63,049 bases of DNA from Clostridiales bacterium (GTDB lineage Bacteria > Bacillota > Clostridia > Acetivibrionales > DTU013). The stretch spans positions 1-63,049 of the forward strand of contig DAOSUL010000001.1 in NCBI GenBank assembly GCA_035378685.1, given 5' to 3'. Shown piece by piece: positions 38,186 to 49,897 of this stretch. Below the pieces are notes generated by a model. It was not told the DNA's origin. It searched no databases and worked only from the letters and a program-made list of their open reading frames with translations. How positions within the stretch are numbered: position 1 is the stretch's first letter; each line of letters begins with the position of its first letter. A program made the translations under genes and the position numbers.

Positions 38186-38456
38186 TTTGCTTCATCTGCT
38201 CCTCAAGTGCGGCATATACGGTATCATCCACCGGCGTCTCGAAAGCCCGTTCCAGTTTTTTCCCCTTGCGAGCGCTCCTGAGGCATTCGACGCTCCTGCA
38301 GATATACGCGCCCCTTCCGGATTTCTTGCCTGTGAGGTCTACGCTTATCGTACCTTCCTTGTCCCTTACGATCCGGATAAGCTCTTTTTTGGGCTTCATC
38401 TCATGGCATCCTATGCACATGCGCAGCGGTATCCTTTTTTTCTTCAAACGCCTCAC
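38175..38456 (-). CDS. ylxR: YlxR/DUF448 family protein
   Basis: 93 aa with RMCIGC motif. Immediately downstream of nusA. Confidence 0.85.
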   Translation of the reverse strand: MRRLKKKRIPLRMCIGCHEMKPKKELIRIVRDKEGTISVDLTGKKSGRGAYICRSVECLRSARKGKKLERAFETPVDDTVYAALEEQMKQNDG

Positions 38457-39691
38457 TCCTGTTCCGGTTCAATGTCCTGTTCCGGATCGGCTTCATCCGG
38501 ACCGGCCTCACCGTCGTACGCGGCTTCATCATCGTATTCGCCGAAACCGTCCGCTCCATCAGTTCCGTCGTATCCGGCCTCGTAATCATCTTCGCTTTCT
38601 TCGGCGGACTCGTCGTCATAACTGCCGCCAATGCTGAATATCTGCTGTTCGATGGCCGCTCTGTACTGAGACTCGCTCTTTATATCTATCTTCCAGCCGG
38701 TCAGTTTGGCTGCAAGCCTCGCGTTCTGGCCTTCTTTCCCTATCGCCAGTGAAAGCTGGAAATCAGGTACTATAACCCGTGCCGTCCTGTTTTCCTCGTC
38801 AGCGTCGACCCGTACGACCTTTGCCGGGCTCAGGCTGCTCGAGATATACTCCTCGGGATCGCTGCTCCACTTGATTATGTCGATCTTCTCGCCCCTGAGT
38901 TCATCAACGATAGCCTGCACCCTCGTCCCCCTCTGCCCCACACAGGCACCGATGGGATCGACGTTCGGGTCTTTCGAGTACACGGCTATCTTTGTCCTGG
39001 AACCGGCTTCGCGGGAAATGCTCTTTATTTCGACAGTCCCGTCATGTATCTCCGGGACCTCCAGTTCAAAAAGCCTTTTGACAAGGCCCGGATGTGTCCT
39101 CGACACAAGTATCTGCGGACCCTTTGTGGTCTTTTTGACCTCCACTATATAGACTTTCAGCCTGTCATTGAACCTGTATTCCTCTCCGTTGGTCTGCTCC
39201 GACGGCAGCATTATCGCTTCGGCTTTTCCGAGATCTATTATCACGTTCCTCCGCTCGATGCGCTGGACTATCCCGGTGACGATGTCGCCTTCCTTGTTGA
39301 AATACTCTTCAAATATCAGGTTGCGTTCAGCTTCCCGTATCCTCTGCATGACGACGTTCTTGGCTGTCTGGGCAGCAATCCGCCCGAACTTTCTCGGCGT
39401 CACCTCTACTTCTGCTATGTCATTTTCTTCATACCTGCTGTCCAGCTTCAGTGCATCTTCCAGTGAAATCTCACTGTTTTCGTCCTTCGGCTTTGCCGTG
39501 ACCTTTTTGAGCGCAAATACTTTCACTTCACCGGTGTCACGATCTATGGATATCCTGACGTCCTGCGAGGTGCCGAAATTCTTTTTGTACGCTGAAACAA
39601 GGGCAGCTTCGATTGCCTCGATCAGGACCTCTTTTTCTATTCCTCTTTCTTTTTCAAGTTGATCCAATGCACGAATCAGTTCCGCACTCAT
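38453..39691 (-). CDS. nusA: Transcription termination/antitermination factor NusA (with an acidic C-terminal tail)
   Basis: 412 aa with NTD, S1 and two KH domains (GACVGQRG, AIGKEGQNARLA). The C-terminal tail is rich in D, E, G and Y. Confidence 0.95.
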   Translation of the reverse strand: MSAELIRALDQLEKERGIEKEVLIEAIEAALVSAYKKNFGTSQDVRISIDRDTGEVKVFALKKVTAKPKDENSEISLEDALKLDSRYEENDIAEVEVTPRKFGRIAAQTAKNVVMQRIREAERNLIFEEYFNKEGDIVTGIVQRIERRNVIIDLGKAEAIMLPSEQTNGEEYRFNDRLKVYIVEVKKTTKGPQILVSRTHPGLVKRLFELEVPEIHDGTVEIKSISREAGSRTKIAVYSKDPNVDPIGACVGQRGTRVQAIVDELRGEKIDIIKWSSDPEEYISSSLSPAKVVRVDADEENRTARVIVPDFQLSLAIGKEGQNARLAAKLTGWKIDIKSESQYRAAIEQQIFSIGGSYDDESAEESEDDYEAGYDGTDGADGFGEYDDEAAYDGEAGPDEADPEQDIEPEQE

Positions 39692-39724
39692 ATTTTTACC
39701 TCCTGTAATACCTCTGTATACCTT

Positions 39725-40186
39725 CTAGAAACGGATGATCCGTCTGACAAGGGCTGTATCCTTCCGTTCAAAGCCCATTGTGACACCGTCATCTGTCCTT
39801 ATCTCTATGATATCGCCGTTCAGGCCGAGCAGTTCACCCTCAAATATCTTTTTGCCGTTGAGCGGCTGGTAAAGCCTGACCTCCACAAACTCGCCCCTGA
39901 AGCGTTCAAAGTCCCTTTCCTTTTTCAGGGGCCTTTCACCGGGAGATGAAACCTCCAGGATATAGCTCTGTTTTATCGGATCCTCCCGGTCGAGAATGCT
40001 GCTCATCTTCTCGCTCACAGCCTGGCAGTCATCGATTGTGACTCCGCCGGGTTTGTCTATGTATATCCTCAGATACCAGTTGGCGCCTTCCTTCAGGTAT
40101 TCCACGTCCACCAGCTCGAAGGACAGTTCATCAACTACCGGCTTTGCCAGTTCTTCAACGATATCTTCCACTTTTTTTCTTGCCAT
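39725..40186 (-). CDS. rimP: Ribosome maturation factor RimP
   Basis: Start trimmed to ATG 40186 (MARKKVEDIVEEL...), which follows GGAG. RimP-like 154 aa, upstream of nusA. Confidence 0.85.
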   Translation of the reverse strand: MARKKVEDIVEELAKPVVDELSFELVDVEYLKEGANWYLRIYIDKPGGVTIDDCQAVSEKMSSILDREDPIKQSYILEVSSPGERPLKKERDFERFRGEFVEVRLYQPLNGKKIFEGELLGLNGDIIEIRTDDGVTMGFERKDTALVRRIIRF

Positions 40187-40227
40187 CGTCCATCTCCGTT
40201 CCTTCCGGCCGCACTCACGGCCTGTTG

Positions 40228-40260
40228 CTAAATACAAAGAGTGGGGTAAGCCCACTCTTT
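40228..40260 (-). terminator. Leader hairpin with a weak, interrupted U-tract upstream of rimP-nusA
   Basis: Minus strand reads AAAGAGTGGG-CTTAC-CCCACTCTTT followed by GTATTTAG. It lies between the candidate promoter and the rimP RBS. Confidence 0.55.
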
Positions 40261-40292
40261 GCCTAAAAAAAGATATACTTGGTCCACGATGT

Positions 40293-40321
40293 ATTATAAC
40301 ACTATAATTTACATTTATCAA
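40293..40321 (-). promoter_or_regulatory. Candidate sigma-A promoter of the rimP-nusA-infB operon
   Basis: Minus strand reads TTGATA - 17 nt - TATAAT (near-consensus). Confidence 0.65.
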
Positions 40322-40358
40322 TCCTTTTATTTCGGTTTGCTTCGGTTTGTGCTGCATC

Positions 40359-43300
40359 TCAGAAAAAGCTCATCTGGCTGCTTTCAGGAATGCCGTCGAG
40401 GCATCCGCTCTGCTGCAGTATCTCGATGACGCTCTTGCTGATTTTCGCCCTGATTTTAAGGTCGTCGACCGAAATGAATTCACCTTGCGCACGGGCCTCC
40501 GCAATGGCTTTGGCGGCATTGGCTCCAAGACCGGGCAGCGAATTCAGCGGCGGCCTGATGCCGCTGCCCTGGATGGTGAACCTTACCGCATCGGATTCGT
40601 AGAGATCCACAGGCAGGAACTCGATGCCCCTTGCGTACATTTCATTTGCAACTTCAAGTATCGTCAACACGTTCTTGTCCTTTGCCGAAATGGCATTGCC
40701 CTGTTTTTCCAGTTCCTCTATCTTTTTTTCCACTTTCCTTTTCCCGCCTGCCATGACTGTGGCATCGAACTCATCAGCTCGCACGGTGAAATATGCGGCA
40801 TAGAAAGCCAGCGGATGATATACCTTGAACCAGCCGATCCTCATCGCCATGAGCACATAGGCAGCCGCATGGGCCTTGGGGAACATGTACTTTATCTTTT
40901 TGCACGACTCTATGTACCATTCAGGAACGCCGTGTGCCTTCATCTCCTCCTCGTATTCCGGCTTGAGGCCTTTCCCCTTCCTGACGTCCTCCATGATCTT
41001 GAAGGCGGATTTTGGCGGAAGCCCTTTGTACATCAGGTAAACCATTATGCTGTCCCTGGTGCCTATGACTTCGGATATGGTGCAGACGCCGTCCCTGATC
41101 AGGTCCTGGGCGTTGTTCAGCCATACGTCCGTGCCGTGGGAAAGGCCGCTTATCTGCAGCAGGTCTGAAAACGTCCTCGGCCTGGTATCCAGGAGCATCT
41201 GCCTTACGAACCTGGTCCCGAACTCCGGAAGTGCAAACGTCCCGACCTCGCAGTTTATATCTTCCGGTCTGATCCCGAGTGGCTCGGTGGACACGAACAA
41301 CTGCATGACCTTTTCGTCGTTGACCGGTACATCCTTGATATCAACGCCGGTCAGGTCGCACAGCATCCTGAGCATGGTCGGGTCATCATGCCCCAGGATG
41401 TCCAGCTTGAGTATGGTGTCGTGCAGCGAATGGAAGTCGAAATGCGTGGTTATCACGTCTGAGGAAGTATCGTCAGCAGGCCTCTGTATTGGCGTGAAAT
41501 CATAGACATCCCTGTCGGCCGGGATGACTATGATGCCGCCGGGATGCTGTCCAGTGGTCCTCTTTATACCTGTGCATCCCGCCACGAGCCTGTTCACTTC
41601 GGCGTTTGTCGCCGCTATCCCCTTTTCCTCAAGATATTTTTTAACAAAGCCGTAAGCCGTCTTGTCTGCGACGGAAGCTATCGTGCCTGCCCTGTAGACG
41701 TGGTCCTTCCCGAAAAGGACTTCCGTGTATTTATGGGCCCTGGCCTGATACTCACCGGAAAAGTTCAGGTCGATATCGGGGGCCTTGTCCCCGTCGAACC
41801 CAAGGAAGGTCTCGAACGGTATGTCATGCCCGTCGCCTTTCATCATCGCACCGCATTCAGGGCAGCTTTTCGCCGGCAGGTCGAATCCCGAACCGACCGA
41901 ACCGTCCGTTATGAATTCCGAATGCTTGCATTTGCGGCAGATATAGTGGGGCGGCAGAGGATTTACCTCCGTTATCCCCGTCATCGTCGCGACCAGAGAT
42001 GAGCCTACCGATCCTCTCGAACCTACAATATATCCGTCGTCATTGGATTTTTTTACCAGCTTCTGCGCTATCAGATACATAACGGCGAACCCGTTCTTGA
42101 TGATCGAGTTCAGTTCCTTCTCAAGCCTCTTTTCCACTATTTCGGGGAGAGGGTCTCCGTATACGTCATGCGCCCGGGCGTAGGTAAGCTTTTCTATCTC
42201 CTGCTCGGCGCCTTCGATCTTCGGCGGATATGTCCCCGGCGGTATCGGCGCCACTTCCTCCACCATGTCAGCTATCAGGTTAGTATTCGTCACGACGACT
42301 TCAAACGCTTTTTCTGCGCCAAGGTAGGAGAATTCCTCCAGCATCTCATCCGTAGTCCTGAAATACAGCGGCGCCTGTTTCTCCGCATCTGCATAGCCCT
42401 GGCCATGCATCAGTATACGCCTGAAGACCTCCTCCTGCGGATCCATGAAATGGACGTCGCATGTGGCAACGACAGGCTTGTTCAGTTTTTCTCCGATCCG
42501 TACTATCTTCCTGTTCAGTTCCTTCAGCTTCTCATGGTCCTGTACTTTCCCGTTTTCAACGAGAAATTCATTGTTTCCAAGCGGCTGTATCTCAAGGTAA
42601 TCATAGAAACCTGCGATCCTCTCCGCTTCATGGTCGCCTGCGCCGTCGACGAGAGCCCGGTACAGTTCCCCTGCTTCGCATGCGCTGCCAAGTATGAGGC
42701 CTTCCCTGTATTTCATCAGGACGCTCCTGGGCACCCTGGGCCTCTTGTAAAAATAGTTCAGGTGCGATTCAGAAATGATCCTGTAAAGGTTTTTGAGCCC
42801 TGTCCTGTCCCTGACAAGCAGTATCGCATGGTATGACGGCAGGTTCCTGAAATCGGTCTCCCCGGACAAAACCCTGTCGATGTCGCATACCGTGGCTGCT
42901 CCCTTTCCCGATACGATTTCAATGCATTTCATGAATATCTCCGCGGCTGCCTGCGCATCGTCCACAGCCCTGTGATGGTTTTTCAGCGTCACGCCCAGGT
43001 GTTTTGCCACGATGTCCAGCTTGTGCCTGTTGAGTTCAGGGAACAGTTTCCTGCTGAGCTGCAGTGTGTCCACTATCACATTTCCGAACTCTCTGCCGCA
43101 CTGCCTGGCATAGTATCTTATGAAACCAGTATCGAATGATGCATTATGAGCCACCAGCGGCAGTCCGCCGGCGAAATCCAGGAAGTCCCCGACAGCCTGG
43201 CTGATCCCGGGAGCTCCGGCCACCATTGCATCAGTAATACCTGTAAGCTTTGTGATATGTTCAGGTATCGGCATTCCCGGATCGACAAACGTGCTGAAAT

Positions 43301-44666
43301 GGTCGACGATCTTTCCGTTTTCGATCTTTACGGCGCCTATCTCGGTTATCCCGTCCACGGAAGGATTCAGCCCGGTGGTCTCTATATCGAACACCACAAA
43401 GCCGCCATTCAGCGGATGTTCCTTATCTGAGCCGTCACCGGCAGTCACGACTGGTACTTCGTCATTGACAAGATAACATTCCACTCCGTATATGATTTTC
43501 ACATTATGTTTTTTTCCGGCACTGTAAGCCTCGGGGTATGCCTGGACGACACCGTGGTCTGTGACCGCGATGGCCCTGTGGCCCCATTGCGCCGCCCTTT
43601 CCACCAGTCTGGCCACCGGTGTGACAGCATCCATCGCGCTCATCTGTGTATGCAGGTGGAGTTCGACCCTTTTGGTCTCTGCATTGTCAGTCCTTACATC
43701 CTTCTTTATTGCCAATATATCCGAAGCCAGCACGGTCAGATCTTTCGAGAACTTGTCAAACTGGGCATCTCCCCTGACTTTAAGACAGACACCCTGCTTT
43801 ATGTGCTCTTCTATGACATCACGGTCATCTTTCTGAACAAACAGTTTTACAGTTATGGAACTCGTATAGTCTGTTATGTCGAATGTGCACAGGTACTGGT
43901 TTCCTCGCACCTCTCTGAACTCAACTTTCAATACGTCGCCGCAAATGGCCACTTTGCCTGAATCCGGTGTCACCTCGCACATCTTCATCAGGCTGTCGCT
44001 GAAGTTTTTGCCTGTGATTATATCTGTCACATCGGAGTCATCCGTGGTTGCCTTCCTTTTTCTTCTTTGCCTGGATGTCTGCGCTTCTTCTTCGGCTGTC
44101 AGCAGGCCCCTGATGCGCGCCTGTTCGTTTTCCTTGAACTCATTGTATTTTTCCTTGAACTCCTCGTCCAGCCTGCGGTCATGAAAATCCACAACGACCT
44201 TCTGCCCGAAGGATTTTGCGACCATTTCCTCGATTATCCTGTCACAGCCATGCGATTTCAATATGTCCCGGCCCTGTGTCGCCAGCATTATCTCGAGGCG
44301 GTCGCCCTCCAGCTTCCATGTGCATCCGTCAAGTATGCCCCTGCTCAGCGCGACCCTGGAGTTGACCGTGTAAAGTATGCTTTCCCGGTATTCATCCAGT
44401 ATCTCAGAAAGCGGGCTTTCAGTCCGGAAGCGCAAATGTATCTCCACATCCAGCGAAAAAGCTTCCGACAGAGCGGTCTCCACCTCTTCCATTACCCGGG
44501 CAGGTATGAGCCTGTCTGCAGAAGCTTTCACTACCAGTTTTCCAGTTTTTTTATATATTCCAATGTTCTCGATCTTTACTTCACTGAAAAACTCCGATAC
44601 AACACCATCTAATCCCAGATCATTCAAAACTTCATTCAATCTTTTGTTTATTGCAGTCTCCGACAT
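40359..44666 (-). CDS. polC: DNA polymerase III alpha subunit, PolC type
   Basis: 1435 aa with a PHP domain, an inserted DnaQ-like 3-prime-5-prime exonuclease ([18 protein letters not shown]) and the Pol III core. Confidence 0.95.
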   Translation of the reverse strand: MSETAINKRLNEVLNDLGLDGVVSEFFSEVKIENIGIYKKTGKLVVKASADRLIPARVMEEVETALSEAFSLDVEIHLRFRTESPLSEILDEYRESILYTVNSRVALSRGILDGCTWKLEGDRLEIMLATQGRDILKSHGCDRIIEEMVAKSFGQKVVVDFHDRRLDEEFKEKYNEFKENEQARIRGLLTAEEEAQTSRQRRKRKATTDDSDVTDIITGKNFSDSLMKMCEVTPDSGKVAICGDVLKVEFREVRGNQYLCTFDITDYTSSITVKLFVQKDDRDVIEEHIKQGVCLKVRGDAQFDKFSKDLTVLASDILAIKKDVRTDNAETKRVELHLHTQMSAMDAVTPVARLVERAAQWGHRAIAVTDHGVVQAYPEAYSAGKKHNVKIIYGVECYLVNDEVPVVTAGDGSDKEHPLNGGFVVFDIETTGLNPSVDGITEIGAVKIENGKIVDHFSTFVDPGMPIPEHITKLTGITDAMVAGAPGISQAVGDFLDFAGGLPLVAHNASFDTGFIRYYARQCGREFGNVIVDTLQLSRKLFPELNRHKLDIVAKHLGVTLKNHHRAVDDAQAAAEIFMKCIEIVSGKGAATVCDIDRVLSGETDFRNLPSYHAILLVRDRTGLKNLYRIISESHLNYFYKRPRVPRSVLMKYREGLILGSACEAGELYRALVDGAGDHEAERIAGFYDYLEIQPLGNNEFLVENGKVQDHEKLKELNRKIVRIGEKLNKPVVATCDVHFMDPQEEVFRRILMHGQGYADAEKQAPLYFRTTDEMLEEFSYLGAEKAFEVVVTNTNLIADMVEEVAPIPPGTYPPKIEGAEQEIEKLTYARAHDVYGDPLPEIVEKRLEKELNSIIKNGFAVMYLIAQKLVKKSNDDGYIVGSRGSVGSSLVATMTGITEVNPLPPHYICRKCKHSEFITDGSVGSGFDLPAKSCPECGAMMKGDGHDIPFETFLGFDGDKAPDIDLNFSGEYQARAHKYTEVLFGKDHVYRAGTIASVADKTAYGFVKKYLEEKGIAATNAEVNRLVAGCTGIKRTTGQHPGGIIVIPADRDVYDFTPIQRPADDTSSDVITTHFDFHSLHDTILKLDILGHDDPTMLRMLCDLTGVDIKDVPVNDEKVMQLFVSTEPLGIRPEDINCEVGTFALPEFGTRFVRQMLLDTRPRTFSDLLQISGLSHGTDVWLNNAQDLIRDGVCTISEVIGTRDSIMVYLMYKGLPPKSAFKIMEDVRKGKGLKPEYEEEMKAHGVPEWYIESCKKIKYMFPKAHAAAYVLMAMRIGWFKVYHPLAFYAAYFTVRADEFDATVMAGGKRKVEKKIEELEKQGNAISAKDKNVLTILEVANEMYARGIEFLPVDLYESDAVRFTIQGSGIRPPLNSLPGLGANAAKAIAEARAQGEFISVDDLKIRAKISKSVIEILQQSGCLDGIPESSQMSFF

Positions 44667-45735
44667 CTGCCAGATCCCCCATCTTCTCTATCTCTTCCAG
44701 GAGTTCATCCACGATGCGCTCCTGGGGTATCTTTCTGATTATCCTGCCTTTCCTGAACAGCAGTGCTTCCCCGACGCCGCCTGCAATACCTATGTCGGCT
44801 TCGCGGGCTTCACCGGGGCCGTTCACAGCGCAGCCCATTACTGCCACTTTGATCGGTTTGCTGCAACCGGCAAGTCTTCTCTCGACTTCATTCGCAATCT
44901 TTATCAGGTCGATCCTTGTACGCCCGCATGTAGGGCATGATATGAGTTCAGCTCCTCCCCTGCGCAGTTCCAGGGCCTTCAGGATCTCTATCCCTGCTCT
45001 AACCTCCTCGGTCGGATCGCCTGTCAAAGAAACTCTCAGCGTATCCCCAATACCTTCCGCCAGAAGGCATCCAAGACCCACAGCCGACTTCACCATACCC
45101 GAGAAGACCGTGCCCGCCTCGGTCACGCCGATGTGCAGCGGGTAACAGGTCTTTTCCGACATAAGCCTGTATGACTCTATCGTCACCGGTACATTCGATG
45201 CCTTCAGTGAGACAACTATGTCGCTGAATCCCAGTTCCTCGAGCATCCTTACATGCCCCATCGCGCTTTCCACCATTGCTTCAGGGGTGACTCCGCCGTA
45301 TTTCGCCAGTATCTGCTTCTCAAGAGATCCCGAATTCACGCCTATCCTTATGGGGATGCCCCTTACCCTGGCTGCTTCCACGACTTTCCTCACCCTGTCG
45401 CCTCCGCCGATGTTGCCCGGATTGATCCTGATTTTGTCAGCGCCGTTTTCGATGCTGGCCAGTGCGAGCCTGTAGTCGAAATGGATATCGGCGACAAGCG
45501 GTATCCGGATCGATTTTTTGATCCTCTTCAGCGCATCCGCGGCTTCGCTGTCAGGCACGGCGACCCTGACTATATCGCAGCCCGCCTCCTCCAGCCTCTT
45601 TATCTGTTCGATGGTGGAGGTGACATCCCTGGTATCGGTGTTGGTCATCGACTGTACCGCTACAGGCGCATCACCGCCTATATAAATATCCCCTATACGG
45701 ATCTTCCTGGTCTGTTTCCTTATTATTTCATCCAT
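44632..45735 (-). CDS. ispG: 4-hydroxy-3-methylbut-2-enyl diphosphate synthase
   Basis: [14 protein letters not shown] and the C-terminal cysteine cluster (CPTCGRT ... GCAVNGPGE). The start is uncertain: ATG 45735 or TTG 45786. The 3-prime end overlaps the polC start by 35 nt. Confidence 0.9.
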   Translation of the reverse strand: MDEIIRKQTRKIRIGDIYIGGDAPVAVQSMTNTDTRDVTSTIEQIKRLEEAGCDIVRVAVPDSEAADALKRIKKSIRIPLVADIHFDYRLALASIENGADKIRINPGNIGGGDRVRKVVEAARVRGIPIRIGVNSGSLEKQILAKYGGVTPEAMVESAMGHVRMLEELGFSDIVVSLKASNVPVTIESYRLMSEKTCYPLHIGVTEAGTVFSGMVKSAVGLGCLLAEGIGDTLRVSLTGDPTEEVRAGIEILKALELRRGGAELISCPTCGRTRIDLIKIANEVERRLAGCSKPIKVAVMGCAVNGPGEAREADIGIAGGVGEALLFRKGRIIRKIPQERIVDELLEEIEKMGDLADVGDCNKQKIE

Positions 45736-45772
45736 CCTCCAGTCCGGGCCTCCCGCGTCAAATGATTCCCGG

Positions 45773-47065
45773 TCAGCCTGACACAAGTCTCAGGATATCA
45801 TTGTATGCGATATATATCCCGAGCAGTATGATTATGATAAATCCAGCCAGTGATATTATGGATTCCTTTTCGGGACTCAGGGGCTTTCCCCTGACAGCCT
45901 CTATCCCTATCAGCAGGAGCCTGCCTCCGTCAAGCGCAGGGAAAGGCAGAAGGTTCGTGGCTCCGATCGCCACGCTCAGCAAACCGGTGATATACATCAG
46001 ATATATGATCATCTGGCCAACGTTCGGAGCCTGGCTTACGGTATTGGTGATGGTGCTCACCATGCCGATGGGCCCCATCATGTCCGAAACATTGGCTTTC
46101 CCGGTTATAAGCCATTCAGGGCTGTAGAAAACGCTCCTTACTATCGAATAGGTAAAAACGCCCGACTGGACGAATGCATCCAGTACGTCACCCCTGACAT
46201 AATCAAACTCCAGTCCGACCTCGTACCATTCCCCGGTCTTTACCTCGATCGGCGTCAGGGTAGTGCTGATTTCGTTACCGTTCCTCATGACCGTTATCTC
46301 CAGCTCCCTGATGCCGTTTTTCGTTATCAGCCCGATAAGTTCTTCATAGGAGTCCACTTCGACTCCGTTCACGGCAACTATCTTGTCTCCCGCAAGCAGG
46401 CCTGCCTTCTCCGCGGGAGAGCCGCTGTTGACTTCTTTCAATACATTGGATCCGTCCGGATTTGTCAGGTCCAGCAAAACACCTATCATCGGGGTGGAAG
46501 TTTCGGGATGGTATATGGGCTTCAGTTCTCCCCTGAGCAGTTTCCCGTTCCTTTTGTACTCAACCGTCACCGGCTCGCCTTTCGTAACATACAGGAACTG
46601 TATTACATCCATCGGGACATATGTCCTCTTGCCACCGTACGATACTATCCTGTCTCCTTCCTGCAGGCCTGCAGCAGCTGCAGGTGAATTTTCCGCTATC
46701 CGGCCTACTTTCGTGGTCTGGTATCCCTGGACGGTAAAATATACCGTCAGCAGGACAGCGGCCAGCAGGAGGTTCGCCAGCGGTCCTGCCAACATGGTAA
46801 ATGCCCTGGCATATTTCGGTTTGTTCTGAAAAGCGCTCTCGCTGTCGGAAGCATCATCGTCCCCTTCCAGCTTTACGTACGCCAGTATTGGGAACAGCCT
46901 TAAGGAATATGTGGTGCCTCCCCGCGTTATACTGAACAGCTTCGGTCCGACAAAAAGCGAAAACTCCAGCACTCCGATCCCCATCATCCTTGCGGCAAGG
47001 AAATGCCCGAGTTCGTGCACTATGACGATTATGTTGAAAGCCAGTATAGCCAGTATCAGATACAT
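45773..47065 (-). CDS. rseP: RIP site-2 metalloprotease RseP/RasP family
   Basis: HELGHF zinc motif, PDZ region and [11 protein letters not shown] motif. Confidence 0.9.
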   Translation of the reverse strand: MYLILAILAFNIIVIVHELGHFLAARMMGIGVLEFSLFVGPKLFSITRGGTTYSLRLFPILAYVKLEGDDDASDSESAFQNKPKYARAFTMLAGPLANLLLAAVLLTVYFTVQGYQTTKVGRIAENSPAAAAGLQEGDRIVSYGGKRTYVPMDVIQFLYVTKGEPVTVEYKRNGKLLRGELKPIYHPETSTPMIGVLLDLTNPDGSNVLKEVNSGSPAEKAGLLAGDKIVAVNGVEVDSYEELIGLITKNGIRELEITVMRNGNEISTTLTPIEVKTGEWYEVGLEFDYVRGDVLDAFVQSGVFTYSIVRSVFYSPEWLITGKANVSDMMGPIGMVSTITNTVSQAPNVGQMIIYLMYITGLLSVAIGATNLLPFPALDGGRLLLIGIEAVRGKPLSPEKESIISLAGFIIIILLGIYIAYNDILRLVSG

Positions 47066-48204
47066 ACTGTTTCACCAACCAATCTTTTCGCCCACCTGTC
47101 TGCTTCTATTATATCATCAAGCCCAGGCGATGTATTCACTTCATGTTTCATCATCGTCTCTTCAATGAGCCTTGGTATATCACAGAACCCGATCCTGCCC
47201 TCCAGGAAAAGCCTTACTGCAGCTTCATTGGCACCATTCAGCACAGCCGGCATCGTTCCTCCGGCCTCAAGCGCGTCATAGGCCAGCCTCAGGCATCTGA
47301 ACGTTTCAGTATCGGGATCTTCGAAGGTCAAAGGGCCGCATTTTGTCATGTCCAGTTTCGGAAAATCGTTGGAACATCTCTCTGGCCATGTAAGGGCAAG
47401 CTGGATCGGTATCCTCATGTCCGGCTTCCCAAGCTGTGCCATAACGGAGCCGTCCCTGAACTCCACCATTGAGTGTATTATGCTCTGCGGGTGTATCAGC
47501 ACCCTGATCCTGTCCGGGGTGAATCCGAACAGCCACCGTGCTTCAATGACCTCAAGCCCCTTGTTCATCAATGTCGCAGAGTCGATGGTTATCTTGTTTC
47601 CCATGTTCCAGTTGGGATGCATCAGGGCCTGTTCAGCTGTCACATCAGTCAGTTCATGGTATTTCTTCCCCCTGAACGGCCCGCCGGATGCTGTCAGCAG
47701 CAGTCTCTCCGCATCCTCCCTCCGGTTCCCGGCAAGGCACTGATAAATGGCGGAGTGTTCGCTGTCTATCGGGAAAACCGTCACACCGTGCTTCTCAGCT
47801 TCCGCCATCACGATATGGCCTGCTGTGACAAGCGTCTCCTTGTTTGCAAGCGCCACCTTCCTGCCTTTGCGTATAGCCTCGATGGTAGGCAGCAGGCCGG
47901 CTATGCCGACTATGGCGACAACCACTGTGTCGACGCCATCGATGCCTGCCGCAGCGCGGATCCCGTCAGTTCCGCCAAGGACCTCGATTTCCAGGCCGGC
48001 CAGTCTTTTTCTCAGTTCGGCTGCAAGAGCGGCATCTCCGGCCGCAACCAGCCGGGGACTGAATTCTCTTGCCTGCAGCTCGAGAAGATCTATATTCGAA
48101 TATGCTGTCAGCGCACTTACCTTTATGCCAAGGTTCCTCGCAACGTCCAGGGTCTGGACTCCTATGGAACCTGTAGAGCCGAGCACGGCTATGTTTTCAG
48201 CCAT
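47056..48204 (-). CDS. dxr: 1-deoxy-D-xylulose 5-phosphate reductoisomerase
   Basis: N-terminal GSTGSIG motif, with LANKE and NAANE-type motifs. Start trimmed to ATG 48204, which follows AAGGAG. Confidence 0.95.
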   Translation of the reverse strand: MAENIAVLGSTGSIGVQTLDVARNLGIKVSALTAYSNIDLLELQAREFSPRLVAAGDAALAAELRKRLAGLEIEVLGGTDGIRAAAGIDGVDTVVVAIVGIAGLLPTIEAIRKGRKVALANKETLVTAGHIVMAEAEKHGVTVFPIDSEHSAIYQCLAGNRREDAERLLLTASGGPFRGKKYHELTDVTAEQALMHPNWNMGNKITIDSATLMNKGLEVIEARWLFGFTPDRIRVLIHPQSIIHSMVEFRDGSVMAQLGKPDMRIPIQLALTWPERCSNDFPKLDMTKCGPLTFEDPDTETFRCLRLAYDALEAGGTMPAVLNGANEAAVRLFLEGRIGFCDIPRLIEETMMKHEVNTSPGLDDIIEADRWAKRLVGETVCI

Positions 48205-48238
48205 TGCTAACTCCTTTCCGGGGTTTTGACTCTTCACT

Positions 48239-49069
48239 CTATGCAAAAAATAAGTTTATGTAAATATAAACGGCGGGAGCAGTGAAAAGTATGCTGTCTA
48301 TCCTGTCCAGCACCCCTCCGTGTCCAGGCATTATGTTTCCGTAGTCCTTTATCCCCACAGCACGTTTGATGACCGATGCCGACCAGTCACCCAACTGTGA
48401 TATTATACCACATATAAGCCCAAGTACTGCATAATGTATCATCGGTACGTCCAGCACGTCTCTGAAGCACCATCCGAAAACCATAATCGAGGCAATGCAT
48501 CCGGCAACTCCGCCGATACACCCTTCAAGAGTTTTCTTTGGGCTTATCTTCGGCACGATTTTTTTCTTTCCGACGGCCAGGCCTGTGAAAAAGGCGAATG
48601 TATCTGTCGCACATGCTCCGATGAGTATGAGCCAGATATACAGGTACCCGGCTTCCATCTGCCTGGTGAGTGTAAAAAAGGAAAACAGGAACGGTATGTA
48701 CATTATGCCGAACAATGTGACCGATACATCCTTAATACTGTATTTCCCGTCCGAAAACATCAATAGACAGAAAAGCGCCACCAGCAGGTAAAAAGCAAAA
48801 GCAGCTGATAAAAACAAAGCTCCGTCACCGCTCAGTACTGCCGAAGGTGGAAATATGCCTGACAGGGCTATGTACAGCAGTGGCAGGCACGCTGCAAGGC
48901 TCACTGCTTTTGCCGGTCTGAACCCACCTTTTTCCAGTGCCATGCAGAATTCCCACATTGCCATGGCCGCGAGCACAAAAACCGCTATGCCCGTGGCGGT
49001 TTCCCCAAGACGGAGCACAGCGATGAGGAGAACTATCGCGACAATAGCACTTATGACCCTGGTCTTCAT
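48239..49069 (-). CDS. cdsA: Phosphatidate cytidylyltransferase
   Basis: 276-aa polytopic protein with the C-terminal CTP-transferase signature (SxxKRxxxxKDxGxxxPGHGGxxDRxD). Confidence 0.9.
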   Translation of the reverse strand: MKTRVISAIVAIVLLIAVLRLGETATGIAVFVLAAMAMWEFCMALEKGGFRPAKAVSLAACLPLLYIALSGIFPPSAVLSGDGALFLSAAFAFYLLVALFCLLMFSDGKYSIKDVSVTLFGIMYIPFLFSFFTLTRQMEAGYLYIWLILIGACATDTFAFFTGLAVGKKKIVPKISPKKTLEGCIGGVAGCIASIMVFGWCFRDVLDVPMIHYAVLGLICGIISQLGDWSASVIKRAVGIKDYGNIMPGHGGVLDRIDSILFTAPAVYIYINLFFA

Positions 49070-49818
49070 TTCTGCAACCCTCCAAAACGCCTGTTTCTGT
49101 TCTGATAGTCCCTGATAGCCTGGTACAGATGTTCTTTCGTGAAATCAGGCCACAAAACGTCTGAGAACCACAATTCCGAGTATGATGACTGCCATAGCAG
49201 GAAGTTGCTCAGCCTGTATTCGCCGCTTGGCCTTATAACGAGGTCCGGATCGGGTATCCCGGCGGTATAGAGATAATCCGAAAACGTTTTCTCATCGATG
49301 CTCTCGGGATCAAGCCTGCCTTCCTTCACATCCCTCGCCATACGGGCTGCTGCGGCGGCAATTTCACACCTGCTGCCGTAATTGAGGGCAATGATGAGAT
49401 TCAGTCCGGTATTTGCAGCTGTATTGTCAACCACCCTTTTTATTTCTTTACGTATCTCCTCCGACAGCCTGGACGTGTCACCTATGACCGATATCCTGAT
49501 ATTCGTGCCTGCCAGTTCTTTTTCCGCGTTCTGCAGGAACTCCAGCAGGAGGTCCATCAGGGCATCGACCTCTTCCTTTGGCCGGTTCCAGTTCTCTGTG
49601 GAAAAGGCATAAGCCGTCAGGTACTTTATCCCGATGGAATTGCATTCCTTTACGAGCCTTTTCAGCGTGTTGGCTCCCTCCCTGTGCCCTGCATTCCTGG
49701 GCAGGCCCCTTCTGGACGCCCAACGGCCGTTGCCGTCCATGATGATCGCTATATGTACAGGCAGATTCCGGCCTGTATCCAAACCGGGGTCCTTTGCCTT
49801 ACGCCTGAACAACCACAT
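49066..49818 (-). CDS. uppS: Undecaprenyl diphosphate synthase (isoprenyl transferase)
   Basis: HIAIIMDGNGRWA, FSTENWxRP and RxSNFLLWQ motifs. Confidence 0.95.
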   Translation of the reverse strand: MWLFRRKAKDPGLDTGRNLPVHIAIIMDGNGRWASRRGLPRNAGHREGANTLKRLVKECNSIGIKYLTAYAFSTENWNRPKEEVDALMDLLLEFLQNAEKELAGTNIRISVIGDTSRLSEEIRKEIKRVVDNTAANTGLNLIIALNYGSRCEIAAAAARMARDVKEGRLDPESIDEKTFSDYLYTAGIPDPDLVIRPSGEYRLSNFLLWQSSYSELWFSDVLWPDFTKEHLYQAIRDYQNRNRRFGGLQK

Positions 49819-49897
49819 CTGTTACCTCCGGACTATATAAGGATAAACAACTTGAATGCGTTCCAAATAAACAAGGCTGTATATACAGCCTTGTAAT

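Noticed and set aside
39725-40357. Long N-terminal extensions in ORF-track calls for rimP (to 40357), pyrH (to 51447), dxr (to 48246), tsf (to 52158), coaE (to 1289) and the anti-sigma factor (to 5311).
   Set aside because: In each case an internal start with a good RBS gives the canonical family N-terminus. The extension overlaps the upstream gene, its terminator or a promoter.
44632-44666. A 35-nt overlap between the ispG 3-prime end and the polC start, as a possible frameshift or fusion signal.
   Set aside because: Both proteins look complete, with normal termini. polC has its own GGGGGA RBS 8 nt upstream of the ATG. Overlaps of this size occur in compact operons.
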